From NCBI RefSeq assembly GCF_004376175.1, contig NZ_SNUY01000049.1, positions 24,271 through 31,554 of the forward strand: a stretch of 7,284 nt of DNA. The letters run 5' to 3'. Below, one piece after another: positions 1 through 5,303 of the stretch. Under the pieces are notes generated by a model. It had not been told where the DNA came from. It ran no database searches and saw only the letters and a program-made list of their open reading frames with translations. How positions within the stretch are numbered: the first letter of the stretch is position 1; every line of letters starts with the position of its first letter. Position numbers and translations under genes: made by a program. Source of the stretch: Halalkalibacterium halodurans (GTDB taxonomy: Bacteria; Bacillota; Bacilli; Bacillales; Bacillaceae_D).

Positions 1-28
1 TGAATAGGTTACACTTAGTTGGACAGTT
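1..28. repeat. Left terminal inverted repeat (IRL) of the IS
   Basis: TGAATAGGTTACACTTAGTTGGACAGTT aligns with the reverse complement of 1194-1221 (TGGAATGTCAACACTAAATCGGACAATT). By hand this gives about 20 matches over 29 columns with two 1-nt gaps, including the shared blocks ACACT and GGACA. Confidence 0.75.
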
Positions 29-46
29 TCGTTAAGGTCATATACA
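19..46 (+). promoter_or_regulatory. Possible weak resident IS promoter (TTGGAC-N16-TATACA) partly inside IRL
   Basis: TTGGAC at 19-24 and TATACA at 41-46 lie upstream of the orfA SD GAGGAG (66-71). Weak transposase promoters located in IRL are typical of IS3 elements. Confidence 0.25.
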
Positions 47-79
47 CTTGATTCAAATAAACTCTGAGGAGAATCAAAC

Positions 80-364
80 ATGACCAAGCGTCCGAGAAGA
101 AGCTATACAAAAGAATTTAAGGATCAAATCGTTCAACTTCATGTTTCTGGCAAGCCCCGTGCAGAAATTATCAAAGAATACGAGCTGACGCCTTCTGCCT
201 TTGATAAGTGGGTTCGGCAGCACCAGAACAGTGGATCCTTTGAAGAAAAAGACAACCGTACACCCGAACAGGAAGAGTTGATTCGGCTGCGGAAAGAGAA
301 TCAAAAGCTTGCCATGGAGAATGATATTTTAAAGCAAGCCGCGCTGATCATGGGACGAAAGTAG
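80..364 (+). CDS. IS3-family transposase OrfA (HTH DNA-binding plus leucine-zipper part)
   Basis: 94 aa, with SD GAGGAG 8 nt upstream. The N-terminus MTKRPRRSYTKEFK...IVQL is the characteristic IS3 OrfA HTH region. The C-terminal heptad-like LIRLRKENQKLAMENDILKQAA is the usual zipper. Confidence 0.9.
   Translation: MTKRPRRSYTKEFKDQIVQLHVSGKPRAEIIKEYELTPSAFDKWVRQHQNSGSFEEKDNRTPEQEELIRLRKENQKLAMENDILKQAALIMGRK
328..334 (+). promoter_or_regulatory. Candidate -1 programmed ribosomal frameshift heptamer T_TTA_AAG (X_XXY_YYZ) producing OrfAB
   Basis: In the orfA frame the codons are att-tta-aag. After a -1 slip, ttt-aaa are read in the orfB frame. The orfB frame is open only from 325 (TGA at 322-324) and orfA stops at 362-364, so recoding must occur within 325-364. 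This is the only canonical heptamer there. Confidence 0.6.
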
Positions 365-366
365 AT

Positions 367-1191
367 GTGATTCGGAACAACCGCCACAAATACTCGGTAT
401 CAGCAATGTGCGATGTCCTGCAAATGGCCCGAAGTACGTACTATTATGAAGCAAAAATTCGAGACGACCAGGATGAAGAGTTGTCGGAACTGATCGTTGA
501 TATTTTTAAGAACAGCCGTGATAACTACGGCCAAAGAAAGATTAAAATTGAGCTAAGAAAGAAAGGCTGGACTGTATCAAGACGCCGTATTGGGCGGATT
601 ATGAAGGAGCAGGGCCTGGTTTCCAAATATACAGTAGCTCAGTTTAAACCAGCAAAAACAAGCTGTAATGAATCAGAAATTGGGAATACACTAAACCGGG
701 AGTTTAATCAGGAGCAAGAACTGAAAGTCGTTGTCAGTGATCTAACCTACGTACGTGTTCAACAGAAATGGCATTATATTTGTGTATTAGTAGATTTATA
801 TAATCGTGAAATTATTGGCTACAGCGCAGGTCCTCATAAAAGTGCTGAGTTAGTTCAACGTGCCTTTGCATCGGTTAAATACAATCTTCAGCGCCTCGAA
901 TTATTCCACACGGACAGAGGAAGTGAGTTTAAGAACAAACTTATCGATCAGGCATTAGAAACCTTTGGCATTGAGCGTTCATTGAGTGAGAAAGGAACGC
1001 CCTATGATAACGCCGTCGCAGAAGCCACATTTAAGACGATCAAAACAGAGTTCGTTCGTGGTGCGGTTTTTTCTAGCCAACAGGAACTTGACCTTGAACT
1101 TTTTGACTACGTTCACTGGTTCAATACTATTCGAATTCATGGATCATTAGATTACTTAACACCGACTGAATACAAGTTAATGAACCTTTAA
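367..1191 (+). CDS. IS3-family transposase OrfB (DDE/RNase-H-fold catalytic domain); probably made as an OrfAB fusion (80..334 joined at -1 to 334..1191)
   Basis: 274 aa. The catalytic residues are in VVVSDLTYV, LFHTDRGSEF and YDNAVAEATFKTIK. By hand count there are 35 residues between the second D and the E, and a K lies 7 residues after the E (IS3 DD(35)E-K signature). The GTG at 367 has no SD, so an independent start is doubtful. Confidence 0.9.
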   Translation: MIRNNRHKYSVSAMCDVLQMARSTYYYEAKIRDDQDEELSELIVDIFKNSRDNYGQRKIKIELRKKGWTVSRRRIGRIMKEQGLVSKYTVAQFKPAKTSCNESEIGNTLNREFNQEQELKVVVSDLTYVRVQQKWHYICVLVDLYNREIIGYSAGPHKSAELVQRAFASVKYNLQRLELFHTDRGSEFKNKLIDQALETFGIERSLSEKGTPYDNAVAEATFKTIKTEFVRGAVFSSQQELDLELFDYVHWFNTIRIHGSLDYLTPTEYKLMNL

Positions 1192-1193
1192 AT

Positions 1194-1221
1194 AATTGTC
1201 CGATTTAGTGTTGACATTCCA
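1194..1221. repeat. Right terminal inverted repeat (IRR) of the IS; contains an outward-facing TTGACA
   Basis: This is the reverse-complement partner of 1-28. It ends in CA at 1221, and a perfect -35 hexamer TTGACA lies at 1211-1216. Confidence 0.75.
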
Positions 1222-1716
1222 ATGGATGTGAAACAAACTTTGGAGAAGGCGATTGCCCTTCGCCAAAATAAGCGCTATCAAGAGTCGAATGCCATCCTTG
1301 TCACACTCTGTAAGGAGCATGCTCACGATCCACAAATTCTTTATCAATGTGGCTGGAGCTTTGATGTACTAGGATTGGAAGCTCAAGCTGTTCCTTATTA
1401 TGAAAAGGCGATCGCATCGGGTCTTCAAGGAAAGGACTTGGCGGAGTGTTATCTCGGGCTAGGTAGCACATTTCGAACGCTAGGGGAGTATAGGAAAGCA
1501 GAAGCCGTTCTCGCAAACGGCGTGAAGCAATTTCCTAACCATCAGGCGCTCCGTGTTTTCTACGCAATGGTCCTCTACAACCTTGGTCGCTATGAGCAAG
1601 GGGTAGAATTATTGCTAAAAATAATCGCTGAAACGAGCGATGATGAGACGATACAATCTTACAAGCAAGCGATTCTCTTTTATGCAGATAAGCTAGATGA
1701 AACGTGGAAAGCATAA
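1222..1716 (+). CDS. Small tetratricopeptide-repeat protein (TPR_5-like, ~160-aa all-TPR family common in Bacillaceae)
   Basis: 164-aa ORF with repeated TPR-like helices (AVPYYEKAIASGL, LGLGSTFRTLGEYRKAEAVL, AMVLYNLGRYEQGVELL). There is no SD upstream, because the upstream sequence is the IS end. Confidence 0.75.
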   Translation: MDVKQTLEKAIALRQNKRYQESNAILVTLCKEHAHDPQILYQCGWSFDVLGLEAQAVPYYEKAIASGLQGKDLAECYLGLGSTFRTLGEYRKAEAVLANGVKQFPNHQALRVFYAMVLYNLGRYEQGVELLLKIIAETSDDETIQSYKQAILFYADKLDETWKA

Positions 1717-1729
1717 AAGGTGAAGAGCT

Positions 1730-1744
1730 GGAGATACTATCTCC
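1730..1744 (+). other. Perfect 6-bp stem / 3-nt loop hairpin (GGAGAT-act-ATCTCC) between the TPR gene and hsp20
   Basis: The pairing was read directly from the sequence. It is followed by GAATTT only, so it is at best a weak terminator. Its right arm can alternatively pair with the hsp20 SD (see findings). Confidence 0.4.
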
Positions 1745-1768
1745 GAATTTAGTAGGAGGTGGTATTTA

Positions 1769-2206
1769 ATGTCGTTAACACCTTATGAACCATTTCGCCA
1801 TTTAGATCAAATGCGTCGAGAGTTTGACCGATTCTTTCCTGACTTTCCGATCGATTTACCCAACCGGCATTTGACACTTAGTCCGAAAATGGATGTGCAC
1901 GAGACGGATCATGAAGTGATTTTAGAGTGTGATATCCCAGGGCTTGAGTCGAAAGAGGATCTTCAAATCGATGTGGAACCTCGCTCCGTACGAATTGAAG
2001 GACGAATCAAACGATCAAAGGAAGTGCATGATGAACGATTTTATCGTCGTGAACGGGAGATTGGTCATTTTCGTCGAGTGGTACCATTACCAGCTGAAGT
2101 GGCTGAAGATGACATTCGCGCCGCCTATCGAAATGGGGTCCTAGAGGTGCGAATGAGAAAGCGACTCGATGACCGGCGGCGCACGATCGATGTAGAATTC
2201 CATTAA
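1769..2206 (+). CDS. Hsp20 / alpha-crystallin-family small heat-shock protein
   Basis: 145 aa, with SD AGGAGG (1754-1759) 9 nt upstream of the ATG. The alpha-crystallin domain pattern is present: MDVHETDHEVILECDIPGL...EDLQIDVE...V.I.G...RRVVPLPAEV....I.A.Y.NGVLEV. Confidence 0.93.
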   Translation: MSLTPYEPFRHLDQMRREFDRFFPDFPIDLPNRHLTLSPKMDVHETDHEVILECDIPGLESKEDLQIDVEPRSVRIEGRIKRSKEVHDERFYRREREIGHFRRVVPLPAEVAEDDIRAAYRNGVLEVRMRKRLDDRRRTIDVEFH

Positions 2207-2214
2207 TCCTGTAT

Positions 2215-2253
2215 AACAAACACTTGTCTAATGAGGCAAGTGTTTTTGTTTTT
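2215..2253 (+). terminator. Rho-independent terminator of hsp20
   Basis: The stem AAACACTTG (2218-2226) pairs with CAAGTGTTT (2237-2245) around a 10-nt loop, followed by the tail TTTTTGTTTTT. Confidence 0.8.
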
Positions 2254-2447
2254 ACTTTAAGAAAGTTAACTGACAAAGAAAGGCGATGGTTTTCACCGAA
2301 TAATCACTACCTTAGAAGAGGGGTCATTTTCTTATAATCATCACATAACGGGCCTTGTAACAGTACACTTCTACTCATCCTGTTTCGAGGATTGTAGACG
2401 CGATAAAATGCCCCTTGGTACAGTGAAGGTACATTCGTTACGTGTCT

Positions 2448-2478
2448 TTGCAAATAAATGATAGCGCTTTCTTAAAAT
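2448..2478 (+). promoter_or_regulatory. Possible sigmaA-type promoter for the ABC genes (TTGCAA-N19-TAAAAT)
   Basis: -35-like TTGCAA at 2448-2453 and -10-like TAAAAT at 2473-2478. The 19-nt spacer is long, so this is weak. A perfect TATAAT at 2333-2338 (poor -35) is an alternative. Confidence 0.25.
2458..2472 (+). promoter_or_regulatory. cre-like catabolite-responsive element (CcpA operator candidate)
   Basis: ATGATAGCGCTTTCT compared with the consensus WTGNAANCGNWNNCW gives one mismatch at a specified position (T for A at 2462). It lies between the candidate -35 and -10, upstream of a sugar-uptake operon. Confidence 0.4.
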
Positions 2479-2523
2479 TTTGTTTGGCACGTAAATGATC
2501 ATACAGAAAGGATGTGATGATGA

Positions 2524-3405
2524 TTGGTCCATGATCAGTCGCTAGGTAGTCGTGTTTTCAACATCTTTAATTATCTGTTTCTCTTTTTATTTTCCATGAT
2601 ATGTTTTCTTCCTTTTGTCCACATAGTGGCTGGCTCGTTTGCGTCGGTGGAGGAAGTGCTGCAAAAGCGATTTATTCTGTTTCCAACGACTTTTTCCTTG
2701 GATGCGTACCGTTATATCTTTTCGACAGACATTATTTTTCGTAGTCTGATCATTTCCATTTTAGTGACCGTCGTAGGAACCGGGTTCAGTATGTTTTTAA
2801 CATCGCTGATGGCATATGGTTTATCGCGAAAAGATCTAGACGGTCGCCGGGTTCTAATGTTCCTTGTCGTATTTACGATGCTATTTAGCGGCGGAATGAT
2901 TCCTACGTTTCTCGTTGTCCGATCATTGGGCCTGCTTGATACGTATTGGGCGCTGATTATTCCTACAGCGATTAACGCTTTTAATCTGATTATCTTAAAA
3001 AACTTCTTTCAAAACATTCCTGAGAGTCTGGAAGAGTCAGCAAAAATTGATGGGTGTAACGATGTTGGGATTTTCTTTCGGATCGTATTCCCATTGTCGA
3101 TGCCAGCTATTGCGACAATCTCTCTCTTTTATGCAGTCACCTATTGGAATACGTTCATGCAAGCGATTTTGTACTTGAATGATTCGAGCATGTGGCCTAT
3201 TCAAGTGTTATTGCGACAAATTGTCATTATGTCTAGTGGTATGCAAGGGGATTTAACCGAGCTCGGTGCCGGGTTCGTCATGCCACCAGAACAAACAATT
3301 AAAATGGCCGTTATCGTTGTTGCTACCATTCCTGTGTTAATCGTCTATCCGTTTATTCAAAAGCATTTTGCAAAAGGAGCTTTACTAGGTTCAGTGAAAG
3401 GGTAA
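2524..3405 (+). CDS. Carbohydrate ABC transporter permease, CUT1 family, LplC/YtcP-like (second-permease type)
   Basis: 293 aa and multi-TM. The N-terminus ...RVFNIFNYLFLFLFSMICFLPFVHIVAGSF is typical of LplC-like permeases. The EAA loop is ESLEESAKIDGCNDVGIFFRIVFPLSMP. The only in-frame start is TTG at 2524, directly after a TGA, with SD AAAGGA at 2507-2512. Confidence 0.88.
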   Translation: MVHDQSLGSRVFNIFNYLFLFLFSMICFLPFVHIVAGSFASVEEVLQKRFILFPTTFSLDAYRYIFSTDIIFRSLIISILVTVVGTGFSMFLTSLMAYGLSRKDLDGRRVLMFLVVFTMLFSGGMIPTFLVVRSLGLLDTYWALIIPTAINAFNLIILKNFFQNIPESLEESAKIDGCNDVGIFFRIVFPLSMPAIATISLFYAVTYWNTFMQAILYLNDSSMWPIQVLLRQIVIMSSGMQGDLTELGAGFVMPPEQTIKMAVIVVATIPVLIVYPFIQKHFAKGALLGSVKG

Positions 3406-3430
3406 AAATAAAAAATGGGGAGGTATGTTC

Positions 3431-4969
3431 ATGAAAAGGATGTCTCTAGCATGTCGATGGCTCGCATTTTTATCACTTCTGCTTTTAGTTGTTGCTTGTT
3501 CTAGCAGCAATGAGGGGACAAGTGCTCCTGCTGAAGAGGGAGAAGGCAATACAGAAGAGGAAGCATTTGATCCGGATTCTCCTTTAGATTTGGATTGGAT
3601 GGTGATCCTCTATCATCAACAGCCACCTAAAGATACTGTGATTAAAGAAATTGAAGAGTTAACGAATACGAATTTGGACTTAATCTGGGTACCAGATGCG
3701 GTGAAGGAAGACAGAGTGAATGCTGCGCTAGCTTCAGGAAACTTACCGAAAGTCATTACGCTGCAAGATTTCCGAACGTCATCTGTCCTTAATGCGTTTC
3801 GCTCAGGACAGTTTTGGGAAATTGGCCCTTATTTAGATGAATTCCCAAATCTAAGTGAGATGAATGAAACGATTTTAGAAAACGTTTCTGTAGACGGAAA
3901 GATCTACGGAATCTATCGTGAGCGTCCGTTGTCAAGACAAGGGGTCGTCATTCGCCAAGATTGGCTCGAAAACCTTGGGCTTGAAATGCCGACAAACTTA
4001 GAGGAGCTGTATGAAGTGGCTCGTGCCTTTACGTATGATGATCCTAATGGATCAGGTGCCGATGATACAGTCGGATTTACCGATCGAAATGATTTAATTT
4101 TCGGAGCATTTAAAACATTGGCTTCCTATCACGGAACCCCGAATGAATGGGGATTTGATGATGAAGGTAAATTAATGCCAGAATTTATGACCGATGAATA
4201 TGTGGAAACGATGAATTACATGAAGAGCCTTTATGACGAAGGCTTGATCAACACCGAGTTTCCTGTCACGAGTAAAGAACAGCAGCAAGAGCTATTTATG
4301 ACAGGGAGGGCGGGAATTTACGTCGGGAATATGGTTGATGCCCGTAACTTACGAGATAAAGCGAAGGACATTAATCCAGAGATGGAAGTGGCGATTACAA
4401 ACCGTATTGCCGGTCCTGACGGTGAAGACCGAGTTTGGGCACAAGGAGGTCACAATGGAATCTTTGCCATTCCAAAATCAAGTGTTGAAACAGAGGCTGA
4501 GCTCAAACGGATTTTGGCATTCTTTGATCGCATCGCAGAGGAAGATGTGTACAATTTAATGGCCTATGGAATAGAAGATGTACACTATGAAACAATTGAT
4601 GGTGAGTACTTCGAGCGAATCGAAGAAAATTTAGATGACTGGGCGGCGGAAGTTCAGCCACTAGTATCGTTAGTTGCAAGAGAAATGAATTATTTAAAAG
4701 CATACGGTGACCCTCTCTATGAGGAGTATGAGCGTCTAACGGAAGACAATAACGAAATTATTGTCACCAACCCTGCTGAGCCACTCTTCTCGCCAACGTA
4801 TACGGAGCGTGGAACCGAATTGCAGAAAATCATTGATGATGCGACTTATAAGTATATTTTAGGTGAGCTTGACGAAGATGGCTTCGAAGCTGAAGTAGAA
4901 CGCTGGCTTACTAATGGTGGAGAAAGCATTATCGAAGAATTAAACGAAGATTACGAAAGACTCAATTAA
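3431..4969 (+). CDS. Extracellular solute-binding lipoprotein of a CUT1 ABC importer (LplA/YtcQ-like large SBP)
   Basis: The signal peptide has a lipobox: MKRMSLACRWLAFLSLLLLVVA|C. The size (~510 aa) and the DPNGSG...D.VGF motif region are typical of LplA-type SBPs. The ORF track starts at ATG 3425, but SD GGGGAGG (3417-3423) is 1 nt from that ATG and 7 nt from ATG 3431, so 3431 is preferred. Confidence 0.9.
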   Translation: MKRMSLACRWLAFLSLLLLVVACSSSNEGTSAPAEEGEGNTEEEAFDPDSPLDLDWMVILYHQQPPKDTVIKEIEELTNTNLDLIWVPDAVKEDRVNAALASGNLPKVITLQDFRTSSVLNAFRSGQFWEIGPYLDEFPNLSEMNETILENVSVDGKIYGIYRERPLSRQGVVIRQDWLENLGLEMPTNLEELYEVARAFTYDDPNGSGADDTVGFTDRNDLIFGAFKTLASYHGTPNEWGFDDEGKLMPEFMTDEYVETMNYMKSLYDEGLINTEFPVTSKEQQQELFMTGRAGIYVGNMVDARNLRDKAKDINPEMEVAITNRIAGPDGEDRVWAQGGHNGIFAIPKSSVETEAELKRILAFFDRIAEEDVYNLMAYGIEDVHYETIDGEYFERIEENLDDWAAEVQPLVSLVAREMNYLKAYGDPLYEEYERLTEDNNEIIVTNPAEPLFSPTYTERGTELQKIIDDATYKYILGELDEDGFEAEVERWLTNGGESIIEELNEDYERLN

Positions 4970-5017
4970 TCCGTTACTTAAGTAAAAATCCCCCTGTTAA
5001 TATAAATGACATTCAAC

Positions 5018-5059
5018 GGCTTTAGTCACTAGATTCTCTAGAGGCTAAAGTCTTTTTTT
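5018..5059 (+). terminator. Strong rho-independent terminator of the permease-SBP transcript
   Basis: GGCTTTAGTCaCTAGA-ttc-TCTAGaGGCTAAAGTC forms about 15 bp of pairing, including two G.U pairs and one A.A mismatch, followed by T7 (5053-5059). Confidence 0.85.
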
Positions 5060-5077
5060 ACAGGAGATAGAATTCAT

Positions 5078-5106
5078 GTAAGGCTCATCATCTTACGACT
5101 TTTTTT
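5078..5106 (+). terminator. Second, weak hairpin plus T-run
   Basis: GTAAG (5078-5082) pairs with CTTAC (5092-5096) around a 9-nt loop, followed by GAC and T7 (5100-5106). The stem is short, so function is uncertain. Confidence 0.25.
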
Positions 5107-5257
5107 ATTAATAGCTCCACGCTAGTTCGAACTCTCGTCCGGCCGACTCCCACGGACAATCGCATAGCTTCCTCAAGAACATCACTGTCACGGAGCGTCC
5201 AGCCTATTGGCGATCAGAGTCCCAAGAACTTGCGGACATGTTCGACCGACTGGACGT

Positions 5258-5303
5258 TCAAAGTATACAAAAGAGCGCGGGGCTTTGTGAACCTCACGCT
5301 CTT
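5258..5303 (-). terminator. Probable terminator of the AraC-type regulator gene (minus strand)
   Basis: AAGAGCG(c)GGGG (5271-5282) pairs with CCTC(a)CGCTCTT (5292-5303) around a 9-nt loop. On the minus strand it is followed by TTGTATACTTT. The stem overlaps the stop codon by 2 nt. Confidence 0.45.

Larger units (their letters stand above)
1..1221 (+). mobile_element. Complete IS3-family insertion sequence, 1221 bp, with orfA/orfB and programmed -1 frameshifting (IS150-like organisation)
   Basis: The element starts 5'-TG (pos 1-2) and ends CA-3' (1220-1221). It has imperfect terminal inverted repeats. The two overlapping-phase ORFs (frame 2, then frame 1, i.e. -1) are typical of IS3 elements. 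OrfB carries the DDE triad. Confidence 0.9.

Noticed and set aside
242-253. The A-rich run GAA GAA AAA GAC in orfA as the frameshift site (resembles A_AAA_AAG).
   Set aside because: The -1 frame is closed by TGA at 322-324 downstream of this run, so slipping here would terminate early. The productive site must lie in 325-364.
74-304. 76-aa minus-strand ORF antisense to orfA. The same applies to the other embedded ORFs in the track: 1301-1516(-), 1929-2144(+), 2007-2276(-), 4335-4559(+), 4503-4703(-), 6101-6436(+) and 6786-7004(+).
   Set aside because: Each lies wholly inside, or antisense to, a much longer ORF with clear family signatures. None has an SD, and their compositions are implausible (Cys/His/Arg/Ser-rich or low complexity), as expected for shadow frames.
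1211-1239. A hybrid outward promoter, IS-borne TTGACA (1211-1216) plus host CAAACT (1234-1239, 17-nt spacer), driving the TPR gene.
   Set aside because: The -10 is poor, and the predicted transcription start (about 1246) would lie downstream of the ATG at 1222. It cannot explain expression of the full-length TPR protein.
1222-2206. The TPR protein plus Hsp20 as a two-gene novel stress or defence module.
   Set aside because: Both are common housekeeping-type families. Nothing links them beyond adjacency, and no enzymatic or effector domain is present. Adjacency in a single window is not evidence for a system.
2271-2460. An open reading stretch of about 62 codons in the hsp20-permease intergenic region (LTKKGDGFHRIITTLEEGSFSYNHHITGLVTVHFYSS...) and a 43-aa minus-strand ORF (MIIYVPNKILRKRY...).
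   Set aside because: The plus-strand stretch has no usable start apart from a late ATG at 2408 that gives 17 aa with no SD. The minus-strand ORF has no SD. I recognise neither sequence as a family or a permease remnant.
5062-5081. A start-stop mini-ORF: SD AGGAG (5062-5066), 9-nt spacer, then ATG-TAA (5076-5081), right after the SBP terminator.
   Set aside because: It lies downstream of a strong terminator with no visible promoter. A 5-nt SD plus ATG-TAA arises easily by chance in AT-rich DNA. It would be worth revisiting only if RNA-seq shows a transcript here.
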